DNA of 59,493 bases from a virus. Below the pieces are notes generated by a model that saw only the letters and a list, made by a program, of their open reading frames with translations, did not search any database and was not told the DNA's origin. The position numbers were made by a program, and so were the translations under genes. The stretch spans positions 1 to 59,493 of IMG/VR virus record IMGVR_UViG_3300019458_000009; one strand, 5' to 3'. Of this stretch, positions 43,090 through 51,830 are shown piece by piece. Within the stretch, counting starts at the first letter, position 1, and every line of letters begins with the position of its first letter.

Positions 43090-43545
43090 TCATCGCTTGC
43101 CCCTCCTGTTCGCCTCGATGTTGGACCGCACCCACTCGAGAATCCCCTGATACCGACGCTCGGGAGTGGCGTCCTCTAAATCCTCGTCATTGACCCAGGT
43201 AATCTCCTTGACCATCGCGTCGGCTACGCCTATTTCGTCAGCAATAACTTCGGCTTCCGCATCTTCTGGAAATTTTTCTGCGATTTCCCTCAAGGCGCCG
43301 GCTATCGAAGCGCCTTTATCGACTCGACGTTTGAGGGCTACAGCGCCGAGAGCGCAAACTTGTCCGGTCGAAGGATTCGCAAAGTCGTAAGCGCAGAGAT
43401 TCTTTTCGGGAAGCGCCAGAAGTGCGGCTTCCAATTCCAGAAGCAATCTCTGACCCCGCTTGCCCCGGATGGCTGAAGCTATCGCGTCTCTCCATCGGAT
43501 CCAATCCCATGTGTCGTAGTCGTCGCTATATCCCGATCTGCTCAT
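43090..43545 (-). CDS. Hypothetical phage protein (151 aa).
   Basis: ATGA coupling. No assignable family. Confidence 0.55.
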   Translation of the reverse strand: MSRSGYSDDYDTWDWIRWRDAIASAIRGKRGQRLLLELEAALLALPEKNLCAYDFANPSTGQVCALGAVALKRRVDKGASIAGALREIAEKFPEDAEAEVIADEIGVADAMVKEITWVNDEDLEDATPERRYQGILEWVRSNIEANRRGKR

Positions 43546-43709
43546 TTCGATACCCTCCTCTTCGCCTTCGCCTTGGCGGGCTTAGATTCAGTCCAGTAAG
43601 CTTCATGGAGGTCATCGCAACAATCTTGGCAATGCGAAGTTCCGGGATCAACGACGCAATCCCCCAGGTTCGTAGACTTCCGACAGTATTTGCATCGAAG
43701 TTTGCTCAT
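43542..43709 (-). CDS. Zinc-ribbon mini-protein (55 aa).
   Basis: An RBS precedes ATG 43709. Motifs CKYC...CQDCC are present, and the tail is basic. Confidence 0.45.
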   Translation of the reverse strand: MSKLRCKYCRKSTNLGDCVVDPGTSHCQDCCDDLHEAYWTESKPAKAKAKRRVSK

Positions 43710-43906
43710 CTCCCCGCCTTCCTTTTCCGCTTGACCGGCTTGGGCTTGGCCGGGACCATCTTGACGATGCGGTGGGGGCAAGAGTCATGACGGAAACACA
43801 CCTTAAATCCGCTTCGCCACAAAAACATACTGACCCTCTCACGGCCTAAGAATAGATATTCATGCAGCTCCCCATCCCGGCACGCAATCGCGTAGTAGCG
43901 TTTCAC
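43706..43906 (-). CDS. Hypothetical mini-protein with a basic tail (66 aa).
   Basis: ATGA coupling on both sides. Confidence 0.5.
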   Translation of the reverse strand: MKRYYAIACRDGELHEYLFLGRERVSMFLWRSGFKVCFRHDSCPHRIVKMVPAKPKPVKRKRKAGR

Positions 43907-44196
43907 TTAGAACTTCCTCCGTGCTTCTCGATCAGGGCGCGGGCCAGTCCTTTCATGTCTTCGATGGTGTTGGCCGCATGCTCAAACGGATCACGGCTAA
44001 ATCTGCCTTTGCCCTTGGTGATCTCCATCAACCCCTCCATCAGTTCCCGCTTGTCCGCGAACATCCGCTCAACTTCTGCGCGTAGTTTGACTATCGTATC
44101 TGCCGCATAGAACAGCGCGTCTCCTTGCTGCCGGTCCCGCTGTATGAGGCACGCATGTTCCATGAGGAGGATTTTAACGAATTCCTCGTTGCTCAT
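43903..44196 (-). CDS. Hypothetical protein, paralogue of the 44193-44459 gene (97 aa).
   Basis: ATG 44196 sits in an ATGA overlap. It shares KRELMEG...ARALIEKHGG with its neighbour, plus exact 22-bp and 17-bp DNA repeats. Confidence 0.5.
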   Translation of the reverse strand: MSNEEFVKILLMEHACLIQRDRQQGDALFYAADTIVKLRAEVERMFADKRELMEGLMEITKGKGRFSRDPFEHAANTIEDMKGLARALIEKHGGSSK

Positions 44197-44459
44197 CTTC
44201 CACCTCCGAGCTTCTCGATCAGGGCGCGGGCGACTCGACATTCTCCCGTATGGCCCAATCCAACTTGGTCGGCGGTCCGGCAGAAACAATAACCTTCTCC
44301 GATGAAACCGAGAGCTTGCATCGCCTCCACCAGTTCCCGCTTGTCCGAGAGGAGCTTGTCGCGTATGAACCGGCAACACAATATGCAATGATCTGGGTCA
44401 GAGTCGTGATTTCCGAAGGCCCCGCATTCGTGGTCGATTGGGTTATGAGAATCGCTCAT
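44193..44459 (-). CDS. Cys-rich hypothetical protein, paralogue of the 43903-44196 gene (88 aa).
   Basis: ATG 44459 sits in an ATGA overlap. It carries KRELVEA...ARALIEKLGGG. Confidence 0.5.
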   Translation of the reverse strand: MSDSHNPIDHECGAFGNHDSDPDHCILCCRFIRDKLLSDKRELVEAMQALGFIGEGYCFCRTADQVGLGHTGECRVARALIEKLGGGR

Positions 44460-45138
44460 CGCTTGCCTCCCTCCTCGAAGTTCCCCGTCTCCAAGCACGC
44501 CAGGACCTCATCCTGCGTCCGGCACGCCTTCACCGGCTTGCGGCCCATCGCGCACAGGTCGAGGATAAGCTGGAGGATCTCGCGCTTGTCGTTCGTGGCC
44601 GTCTCCGCCGCCCACGCCGCCGGCCGCGCCGCCTCCGCCGCCCGCGCCGCCCACGCCGCCCGCGCCGCCCGCACCGCCTCCGCCGCCCGCGCCCGACGGC
44701 CCGCGCCGCCCACGCCGCCCGCGCCGCCCGCACCGCCTCCGCCGCCCGCGCCGCCTCCTCCGCCGCCTCCGCCGCCGCCGCAGTCCCCTTGTCCGCGATG
44801 GCGGGCAGGGTGCGCAGTTTTTGAGCCTCGCCGGATAGACCTGCCCGCTCAAGGGCGCTCACAGCAAACCGCCGCACGGCCCGATCCGCGCACACGTAGG
44901 CCCGCTTGAGTGACATCTCGGCGCCGAGATTCGTCCCGATCGGCGTGAACAGATGCGGTCCGATAAGGGCCTCCCGCTCGCCGTCGTCGCACATGTCGTT
45001 GAACCGGATACACAAGTGACGAATCACCGGGTCCACGCAGTCCGGGTGATCCGTCCAGCGCGTACCCATGTAGTAACTCACCGCCGACATCCAGCACGCG
45101 CCCGTCTCCGGGCTGCCCTCGCCTCGCACGAGTTTCAT
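44456..45138 (-). pseudogene. Ala/Trp-repeat (AARAAWAARA) protein gene whose reading frame is broken inside a 59-bp-period duplication.
   Basis: The N-terminal ORF (45138 down to about 44700) and the C-terminal ORF (44713-44456) each read one copy of the 52-bp repeat as AAEAVRAARAAWAARA, but in different frames. Both gene ends are translationally coupled (ATGA) to their neighbours. Confidence 0.5.
44642..44752. repeat. Exact 52-bp direct repeat (44642-44693 and 44701-44752) separated by 7 bp.
   Basis: Read directly: ccgcgccgcccacgccgcccgcgccgcccgcaccgcctccgccgcccgcgcc occurs twice. The period is 59 bp, which is not a multiple of 3. Confidence 0.85.
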
Positions 45139-45347
45139 CGCTGGCCTCCTTCGCTTTCGATTTCAACGCGCACGGAATATTCCCCGCGCTCCTGCCCATA
45201 GATCCACGTGATACGCGAATTGCCGTCGTCGATCCCGAGCGCGTCCGCGATCCCGTCCCTCACAGCCTTGAGCGCGGAAGCGACTCCATCCGAATCCATG
45301 CGCCGGAAACACTCGGCGGAGTCCGGGCACTCGCGCTTGGGCTTCAC
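45135..45347 (-). CDS. Hypothetical protein with weak RusA-like C-terminal similarity (70 aa).
   Basis: GTG 45347. DSDGVASALKAVRDGIADALGIDDGNSRI recalls the RusA D.DN..K...D...DD block. The protein is only about half the length of RusA. Confidence 0.4.
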   Translation of the reverse strand: MKPKRECPDSAECFRRMDSDGVASALKAVRDGIADALGIDDGNSRITWIYGQERGEYSVRVEIESEGGQR

Positions 45348-45348
45348 A

Positions 45349-45453
45349 TCAGGCTCCGAGGCCTACGACGACCGCGCGCAGCAGCGCGCCGGCTACGGCG
45401 CCGCCGAGCAGCAGCGTCGAATACAGCAGGACCAGCCCACGGTGCTTCCTCAT
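45349..45453 (-). CDS. Possible single-TMD micro-protein (34 aa).
   Basis: Hand translation gives MRKHRGLVLLYSTLLLGGAVAGALLRAVVVGLGA. GGGAGG RBS. An ATGA overlap joins it to the upstream stop. Confidence 0.35.
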   Translation of the reverse strand: MRKHRGLVLLYSTLLLGGAVAGALLRAVVVGLGA

Positions 45454-45650
45454 ACCGCCTCCCTTTTATCGTTGTTTCGCAGGGCGCCCAGCTCCGCGTT
45501 GAGACGCTGAACCTCCAGCCGCAGTTGAGCCACGGCCCCGCACAGCAGCGAGCACGCCCAGACGCGCTCTGAAAATTCGCCGCCCGGCAGCATCGTCGAG
45601 TAGCCGAAACCGGGCACGGAGCTCCACCCGCGGCAGATGTCGCAGTACAT
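45450..45650 (-). CDS. Zinc-ribbon/coiled-coil mini-protein (66 aa).
   Basis: ATG 45650 shares 1 nt with the upstream TGA. The sequence is MYCDICRGW...CSLLCG followed by LRLEVQRLNAELGALR. Confidence 0.45.
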   Translation of the reverse strand: MYCDICRGWSSVPGFGYSTMLPGGEFSERVWACSLLCGAVAQLRLEVQRLNAELGALRNNDKREAV

Positions 45651-46216
45651 CAGTCCTCCAGCTTTGCCGCGTCCACGCGGCCCCACGTCTCTACCCCCAG
45701 GACCACGTGCCCGGCGTGCCACCGCTCGCCGCGGCAGCGGATGTGGAACTGCAGCGGCCAGTGCATCAGCGTCATCGGGTTGTCGGGCCGTCTCAGCAGG
45801 AGCGCCCGCCCGGCCACGTCGGTTAGTGACAGCTGGCCCAGCCGCGACAGGTGCGCCAGGTCGATCCCCACCGCGAGCGTCGCGGCGCCGCCCGGCAGAT
45901 CGTCCGACTCGACCGTCGTGCCCACCAGGTAGCGCGCCCGCAGCGGGCCGTCGATGGCCGCGAGCAGCGAGAGCTCGGCCCACTGGATCCCAGTCAGGGT
46001 CTTCGTCACGAGCTCGGCCAGCGGGCGTTCGGCGTCCACCTGAGACCTGATCCACTTGGCCTCGACCAGCGCGGCGCTGCGCTCCAGCGCGACGACCAAG
46101 TCCGGCACGCCCGCCTGGAACCGATCGCCGTGCAGCTTGCGCCACACGGCCATCGGCCACTGGTCGAGAAAGTGGTCGTGCAGCTCATGCAGGAGGTCAT
46201 TCTCAGAGTCTACCAC
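45650..46216 (-). CDS. PD-(D/E)xK nuclease, VRR-NUC-like (188 aa).
   Basis: GVPDLVVAL...ALVEAKW followed by LTGIQWAELSLLAAIDG matches the VRR-NUC layout. Confidence 0.5.
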   Translation of the reverse strand: MVDSENDLLHELHDHFLDQWPMAVWRKLHGDRFQAGVPDLVVALERSAALVEAKWIRSQVDAERPLAELVTKTLTGIQWAELSLLAAIDGPLRARYLVGTTVESDDLPGGAATLAVGIDLAHLSRLGQLSLTDVAGRALLLRRPDNPMTLMHWPLQFHIRCRGERWHAGHVVLGVETWGRVDAAKLED

Positions 46217-46611
46217 GGATCAACCTCGTTCTCCTGCAGGATCTGCAGGAAGCGCTCACGCACCAGCTGTCGCTCGGCGCGCCGTTCACCCGTTAGGGTA
46301 TCATCGTGCTTCAAGCTGCTACGCAGCCACTCATAAAAGTCCAGCAACGCTAGATGAAATAGCGGTCCGGACTGAGCCAACTTCAGCTCCTCGCGCTCAT
46401 CCGGCAGCTGGAACTCGATGATGTGCTTAGGCATCTGTACCAGCGTGCGCGTGGGCGGAAGGGTACCGGGAGTTGCTTCCAGCACCTGAGCTTGCCGTTG
46501 ACGGCCGGTCTTCAGCCGGCGGTGATGCCGGCGTACGCAGCCCGCGTGCGACGGGGCCGCGGCCGGACGGTGGCAATGCGAGCAGTAGTTCGCCACGGGC
46601 TTGGCCATCAC
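46210..46611 (-). CDS. Hypothetical protein with an N-terminal CxxC (133 aa).
   Basis: GTGATG start overlapping the upstream TGA. Confidence 0.5.
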   Translation of the reverse strand: MMAKPVANYCSHCHRPAAAPSHAGCVRRHHRRLKTGRQRQAQVLEATPGTLPPTRTLVQMPKHIIEFQLPDEREELKLAQSGPLFHLALLDFYEWLRSSLKHDDTLTGERRAERQLVRERFLQILQENEVDPW

Positions 46612-46832
46612 TTACCTGCCTTTCTCCTCGGGGAGAACGCGTCGTTGATCAGGTGCGAGAACCCCGCCGCTACGAAGCCCACGACGAGCAGCGGCCACGC
46701 CAAGCAGCGTGCGGTCGCTTTCTGCGCGTCGCGAGCGCCCCAGTCCATGGGATCCTGGGAGAACGCCAGGACGTGGCCGATGGCGCACAGCCATACGCCG
46801 GCAAGGTAGGCCAGGAGGTAGAGGTGGTTCAT
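46608..46832 (-). CDS. Two-TMD membrane protein (74 aa).
   Basis: ATGA coupling. There are two hydrophobic segments. Confidence 0.5.
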   Translation of the reverse strand: MNHLYLLAYLAGVWLCAIGHVLAFSQDPMDWGARDAQKATARCLAWPLLVVGFVAAGFSHLINDAFSPRRKAGK

Positions 46833-47320
46833 TGGCGCGGCTCCGGCTCATCCGGCGAGGCCATCACATCGAAGCCCGCGCTTAAATTTCCCAGCTCGAT
46901 TGACCGCGCCGCCTCCGCCTCCGGCCACCGGTTAACCTCGTCCCAGTCCGCGCGGCCGGCGACGAGGCGCCGCACGATCTCGTCCAGCTTTAGGAGGTTA
47001 ACCCGCACGCGCTCGTGGCTGACGAAGCCGTTGTACAGGCGGCGCAGCCAGGTGGTCACCGACGCCGAGACCACCGCCGACGAGGCCAGCCGCCAGCCGG
47101 AGTAATCGGCCAGGGCTAGGACCTTCGGGGTCAGGTCCCACGGGTCAAACACCACCGCGTAATCCGTGGTGAGCTCGATCAGGCGCACCGCGCGGCTGAA
47201 GTACGGGCTCACCAGGGCTGGCGCGTTCGCGTAGCTCGCCAGCTCCCGGTCCTGCCAAGACATCGCCGCGTCCTTGACCTGCAGGACCCAGTCACCCGGC
47301 CGGAGCTCGTCGTCACGCAT
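46829..47320 (-). CDS. Hypothetical protein (163 aa).
   Basis: AAGGGAGG RBS, then ATG 47320. Confidence 0.55.
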   Translation of the reverse strand: MRDDELRPGDWVLQVKDAAMSWQDRELASYANAPALVSPYFSRAVRLIELTTDYAVVFDPWDLTPKVLALADYSGWRLASSAVVSASVTTWLRRLYNGFVSHERVRVNLLKLDEIVRRLVAGRADWDEVNRWPEAEAARSIELGNLSAGFDVMASPDEPEPRQ

Positions 47321-47675
47321 CGCCGCCTCCCTTGGTAAGGGAGGAGCTGGACCCCTTCAGGGGTCCAGGCTCCTCGAGATGAGAGGGGGACACTTCGATG
47401 TTTCGACACACCACGAAGCGTTTCATTTGAAGTAGGAGTGCCCGCCATATAGGTAGCAGCTCCACCGCGCCCGCGCGCTCGCAGTCGTAGACGTGCTCCT
47501 GAAGCAGCGCGAGGAGGTACTGCCCGTTCTTGCTGTCGTTCAGCGCGCGCACGGCAAACAGCACGTCGGCCGCGATCTCACAGGCCCGTGCCGCGTCGAG
47601 GTGGCCCTTCAAGGCGCGCAGCTCCGCCGCGTCGCGCAGCACGGTCTCGCCAATCTTCAAGGCTGGGGTCAACAT
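47313..47675 (-). CDS. Hypothetical protein (120 aa).
   Basis: GGGAGG RBS, then ATG 47675. A 78-bp gap lies upstream. Confidence 0.55.
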   Translation of the reverse strand: MLTPALKIGETVLRDAAELRALKGHLDAARACEIAADVLFAVRALNDSKNGQYLLALLQEHVYDCERAGAVELLPIWRALLLQMKRFVVCRNIEVSPSHLEEPGPLKGSSSSLTKGGGDA

Positions 47676-47753
47676 CGCGCCTCCCTTCTAGTGCGTTAAT
47701 TTGACGCCTCGCGCGCGGACGGTATTACAAGAAAGTTCACCCACGCGCTAAAT

Positions 47754-48029
47754 TTACGGCGCTTCATCTTCATCGATCAAGAGCGCGTCGAGCGTGCGGC
47801 GCGCCATCTCCTCGGACAGCTGGGCCACCTCGCCGCGGGCCGTCTCCAGACGAAGAGCCAGCTCGGCACGGCGCCTACAGCGCCGGCAGCGGCGCGGGTG
47901 CTCACGCCCAAAAGCCGACACTCGCTCCGCGAAGTCCACGTCGGGGTCGTCTATGCAGTTGTCGAGCGACGCGTAGAACTTCGCGACCATGCGGCAGCCC
48001 GGGTCTAACGGCATCAAGTCGGCGTCCAC
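47754..48029 (-). CDS. Hypothetical Cys-containing protein (91 aa).
   Basis: GGGAGG RBS, then GTG 48029. Confidence 0.45.
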   Translation of the reverse strand: MDADLMPLDPGCRMVAKFYASLDNCIDDPDVDFAERVSAFGREHPRRCRRCRRRAELALRLETARGEVAQLSEEMARRTLDALLIDEDEAP

Positions 48030-48127
48030 GGTAGCCTCCCGCCTGTAATGAGAACATGGCAATTTTTATTACGCCCGTCTCTCCGGGCCGTCACGCCTAT
48101 TAATCGGCGGCGTTCCCGGTTCCCGGG

Positions 48128-48532
48128 CTACGCGGTGGGCTTGGACAGCGGGGTGACCGCCACGATCACCGGGCTGGCCGCCCGCGCGTCGCGCTCCACC
48201 CGGCCGATCGCCCGCATCAGCTGCTTAACCCGCCGCAGGGTGCGCCGGTTGATCTTTAGGACTTGGCGCAGGCGCCGATTCTCCAGCCGGGCCCGCAGGT
48301 TCTGCATTCGCACGTCGGCGCGTAGCTCCAGCTTCAGCTTAAGCTGTCGCAGCTTCTGCTGGTACCTCGCGCGCGTCGCCTGCAGCCGGGCGCGGGCCGC
48401 GCGGCGGACGCGCTGCAGCTTCGTCGGTGGCTTGGCCTTCTTCACGGCCTTCTGGACCGCGACCCGACGCGCGGCGGACCTGGACTTCACCGCCGCCTTC
48501 TTCGGCGGCGCTTGGACGGTGACGGTGGGCAT
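48128..48532 (-). CDS. Extremely basic Arg/Lys-rich protein, a possible nucleic-acid-binding or histone-like protein (134 aa).
   Basis: GGAAGGAG RBS. The sequence is dominated by K/R/A/L helices (RVRRAARARLQATRARYQQKLRQLKLKLELR). Confidence 0.5.
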   Translation of the reverse strand: MPTVTVQAPPKKAAVKSRSAARRVAVQKAVKKAKPPTKLQRVRRAARARLQATRARYQQKLRQLKLKLELRADVRMQNLRARLENRRLRQVLKINRRTLRRVKQLMRAIGRVERDARAASPVIVAVTPLSKPTA

Positions 48533-48614
48533 GGCTTCGCTCCTTCCCTATTATCCTGAGGTCCCGCGGCCCAATGCAGCGGGCACCCGTGAGTTCGCAC
48601 AAACACAGCGCCTA

Positions 48615-50561
48615 CTACTTGTCGTCGCGGCGCACCGCGGCCAGCTGAGCCCGCAGGGCGTCCGCGATCTTCTTGCGGTCGGTCAACAGGTCCGCCAGGT
48701 CGCGCTTCGTCTTGAGCCGCTCCAAGATCAACGAGTCGATCGAGGTCGGCACCACCAGGTCCGTGTATAGCACGTTCCGGGTCTGCCCGATGCGGTGGCA
48801 GCGGTCCTCCGACTGCGACCGCGTCTGCAGCGAGAAGTCGTTGCTGAAGTACACGCAGTGGTTGGCCTCCGTGAGGTTGATGCCGAACCCGCCGGACTGC
48901 GGCTGCCCGACGAACACGCGACAGCGCGGGTCCGTCTTGAACCGCTCTAGGTTGCGCTCGCGGGCCGCGTCGCTGAGCCCGCCGTAGAACGGCGCAACCC
49001 CGTACTTCGCCAGGCGCTCGGACACCAGGCGGATGTCCTCCACGAACCGCGACCACACGATGACCTTGTCCTCCGGCCCGAGCTCCTCCAGGAGCTCCTC
49101 CAACGCCTCGACCTTCGGGTTGCTCGAGAAGCGGTGGATCGTGCCGTCGACCTTCTTGACGAAGCCCGACGTGATCTGCGCGAGCCGCAGCAACTTCACC
49201 AGGATGATCCGCGCCGTCGCGAACCGCTGGTTGCCCACGGCGCCCGCGCCCGCCGCCTGATCGAACAGGTCCGCCACGGCCGCGTTGGCCTCGTCGCCGT
49301 CGTCGACGGCCTCGGCGGCGGCCGGCCGGTCCAGCTGGTCGAGGTCCACGATCATGTCCTCGAGCATCTGCTCGTAGGCCGCGCGCTGGTCGTCGGCCAT
49401 CTCGATCTCTAGCGTCTGGTACATCTTCGCCGGCAGGTCGAGGCACTGGCTCCGCCGGATCACGAAGGAGAAGCGGGCGAGCCGCTCCTGCAGCTCCGGC
49501 AGCTTGTCGCGCTTCCACGAGGCAAAGCCGCCCCAGTGGTTCTTCTCCCCGTAGTAGTTCTGGTAGGCGTAGAACGAGGTGAACCCGAGCGAGCCCGGCT
49601 TCAGGAAGTGAAACTGCCCGTACAGGTCGAGGATGTTCTTGGTAATCGGCAGGCCGGTCAGGATGAACCGCGACCTGGCGCACTCCGCCAGCCGGTACGC
49701 GGCGCGGGCCCGCCGGGTCTCTGGGTTCTTGATCCAGATCGACTCGTCGCAGACCATCAGGTCCCACTGCACCTTGTTGAGCGCCTCCTCGATGGCCTCG
49801 AGCCCCTCGTAGTTGGTCACGGCCACGATCGCCGGCGCCTCGCGTTCACGCAGCAGCCCGACCAGGGCCTGTACCCGTCGGAGCTTGCCGCCCCGCAGCC
49901 GGTCCACGGCCAAATCCACCGTCGCGTGCTTCTGCAGTTCGAGCAGCCAGTTGTGGGTCACCGTCTTCGGCGCCACGACGAGCGCGCGCAGCTGCGGAGC
50001 CGGGCCGTTCCGGCCGCCCCGCTCCCACTCCACGCGGGCCCGACGGGCGCGGTCGCAGATCACGTCGACCACGACCTTCGACTTGCCGGTGCCCATCTCC
50101 ATGAGCAGCGCGAAGTACTCCGCGGTCCGCGCCGAGCTGAACGCGATGGTCTGGTGCCCGTGCGGCTGGGTTGCGTAGAGGTATCCCTCCGGCTCCACGA
50201 CCGCCTGGTCCTGCAGGTAGGCGAGCCGCTCCTGGAGCTTCACGTCCGCCACCGCGCGGGTCTTCAGGTGGTAGTCCAGCATCACCCGCGCCGCGTCGGT
50301 CAACTCCCACGTCGCGGGCTCCCAGTTGTTCGTCAGGTACTCCACGTTCGGGTCCGTCAGCGGCACGAGCCAGGCGCCCTCGCGCTCCGAGTACTTGCGC
50401 TGCGGGAACGCGCGGACCTTCTCCAGGTCGACGCGCGAGGCGCCCGCCGGGTTGTCATCCGCGTACTCCAGCAGCCGCAGCAGCCGCAGGGCGAGCGACT
50501 CGCCGTCGAGCGTGTCGATCAGCAGGCGCTTGGCCGTGGGGGGCGAGGCAGGTTCGCTCAT
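48615..50561 (-). CDS. SNF2-family helicase/translocase (648 aa).
   Basis: Motif I is LLMEMGTGKSKV, motif II MVCDESIWIKN, and motif III LTGLPITKN. Motifs V and VI are FVGQPQSGGFGINLTEANHCVYFSNDFS...EDRCHRIGQ. Confidence 0.85.
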   Translation of the reverse strand: MSEPASPPTAKRLLIDTLDGESLALRLLRLLEYADDNPAGASRVDLEKVRAFPQRKYSEREGAWLVPLTDPNVEYLTNNWEPATWELTDAARVMLDYHLKTRAVADVKLQERLAYLQDQAVVEPEGYLYATQPHGHQTIAFSSARTAEYFALLMEMGTGKSKVVVDVICDRARRARVEWERGGRNGPAPQLRALVVAPKTVTHNWLLELQKHATVDLAVDRLRGGKLRRVQALVGLLREREAPAIVAVTNYEGLEAIEEALNKVQWDLMVCDESIWIKNPETRRARAAYRLAECARSRFILTGLPITKNILDLYGQFHFLKPGSLGFTSFYAYQNYYGEKNHWGGFASWKRDKLPELQERLARFSFVIRRSQCLDLPAKMYQTLEIEMADDQRAAYEQMLEDMIVDLDQLDRPAAAEAVDDGDEANAAVADLFDQAAGAGAVGNQRFATARIILVKLLRLAQITSGFVKKVDGTIHRFSSNPKVEALEELLEELGPEDKVIVWSRFVEDIRLVSERLAKYGVAPFYGGLSDAARERNLERFKTDPRCRVFVGQPQSGGFGINLTEANHCVYFSNDFSLQTRSQSEDRCHRIGQTRNVLYTDLVVPTSIDSLILERLKTKRDLADLLTDRKKIADALRAQLAAVRRDDK

Positions 50562-51157
50562 CCGCGGCGCCCTCCCTTCGACTTCTTGCCCAGCTCCGCC
50601 TCGAGGTGCGCGATCTGCGCCCGCAGCTGCTCGATCTTCACCCGCGCGTCGCGGTGCACGTCCGTCTGGAAGACGGACACGGCCTTGACGAGCTCGGGCA
50701 GCGTCGTAGCCTCGAGTTCGGCGGTTCGCGCGACGTTGTACTCCAGCTCGCGGTCCACCTTCGCCTTGAGCTCCTCGAGCTCGGGCCGCCGCAGGCGCAG
50801 GCCGCGGAGCTCGTTCTGCCGCAGCTCCAGCTCGCGCTCGGCCGCCTCACCCGGCAGCTCGGCGCGCTTCCGCGGCGGGGCCTTCTTCGCGGCGAGCGGC
50901 TGCAGGTACTCGCGGCCCGTCTCCGAGTCGCGGGTCCACTTGAACTTCTCCGGGTGCTGGCACGCGATGCACAGCAGCCGCAGCTCGCGGCGCTTGTAGA
51001 TCTCGATGGTGTCGCGCGCCGCGTAATCCGCGCGCTGGCACTTCCAGCAGTTGAACTCCAGGAGCTCGTCGCCCAGGTCGTCCGTCAGGCCCAGCCGGTT
51101 GGGCTGCGCCGGCTGTTCGTCCGAGCCCAGGAACTTCGCGTTGTCGTCCGCACTCAT
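50558..51157 (-). CDS. Zinc-ribbon plus coiled-coil protein (199 aa).
   Basis: GGGAGGGTGAG RBS. CWKC...CIAC is followed by a long charged helix. Confidence 0.55.
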   Translation of the reverse strand: MSADDNAKFLGSDEQPAQPNRLGLTDDLGDELLEFNCWKCQRADYAARDTIEIYKRRELRLLCIACQHPEKFKWTRDSETGREYLQPLAAKKAPPRKRAELPGEAAERELELRQNELRGLRLRRPELEELKAKVDRELEYNVARTAELEATTLPELVKAVSVFQTDVHRDARVKIEQLRAQIAHLEAELGKKSKGGRRG

Positions 51158-51174
51158 CTCACCCTCCCGCTATA

Positions 51175-51336
51175 TTAATTGTAAGGCCAACGCCGGAGCC
51201 GCGCCCGGTCCCGGGCCGCGTACGTCCGCCGAAAAGCCCGCTCCCGCCAGTGGCGCCGAGCGAGCCCGACCGTTCCGGCGACCAGGGCCGCGGTCGCCAG
51301 GCCGCCCACCAGAAGCAGCAACGCCTCCAGGCTCAT
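51175..51336 (-). CDS. Single-TMD mini-protein (53 aa).
   Basis: GGGAGG RBS, then ATG 51336. The sequence begins MSLEALLLLVGGLATAALVAGTVGLA and has a basic tail. Confidence 0.45.
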   Translation of the reverse strand: MSLEALLLLVGGLATAALVAGTVGLARRHWRERAFRRTYAARDRARLRRWPYN

Positions 51337-51468
51337 CGGACACCTCCCTTCATCAAAAACGTCGGCCTCATCGGCGTGGGCCTCACCCACGGACCGCGCC
51401 GGCAGCGCGCTGGCCCCCAGTACAATCGAGAGGGCCCGGCATGCCGGACGCGGTTTCGGCCTGGTTGG

Positions 51469-51780
51469 CTACTTCGTGGCTTCCACCTCGGCCTGCAGGG
51501 CGGCCAGCATCGCCTTGAGCTTCTCGATCCGCTTGACCTTCTTCGCGGCCTTGTCGACGTGCTCGCCGGCCTTCTTGGCCTCCCACTGCTGGGCCTTCTC
51601 GGTCTGCTTCGCGGCGGCGGCCAGGCAGCGCTGCTTCTTGAACTCGCAGAAGTCTGCCCAGGTCGCGAAGTCGGAGCGCTTCTTCTTCGCGCCGGCCGCG
51701 GCCTTCGCCGCGGGGGCGGGCGCCGGGGCGGCCGCGGGCTTCGCCACCGGGGCCGTCGGGTTCGCCTGGATCTTCACCAT
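51469..51780 (-). CDS. Lys/Ala-rich hypothetical protein (103 aa).
   Basis: GGAGGAA RBS, then ATG 51780. Confidence 0.5.
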   Translation of the reverse strand: MVKIQANPTAPVAKPAAAPAPAPAAKAAAGAKKKRSDFATWADFCEFKKQRCLAAAAKQTEKAQQWEAKKAGEHVDKAAKKVKRIEKLKAMLAALQAEVEATK

Positions 51781-51830
51781 ACATTCCTCCGTAGAGCTTC
51801 GGTCCACCGGGCCAACCTGGGCCTCGTCAG

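Noticed and set aside
44250-44909. Plus-strand ORF encoding a poly-Pro/Ala run (PPPPAPPPPPPPPPQ).
   Set aside because: It is the antisense reading of the Ala-rich (GCC/GCG)n repeat of the minus-strand gene. It has no RBS and runs against the operon direction.
47676-48127. Sigma70-like promoters in the short early-arm gaps. Examples are TTAGCG-N17-GTAATA near 47700-47740, and TTGGGC-N15-TAATAG at 48545-48575 on the minus strand.
   Set aside because: The matches to consensus are weak and the host sigma specificity is unknown. I did not list them as features.
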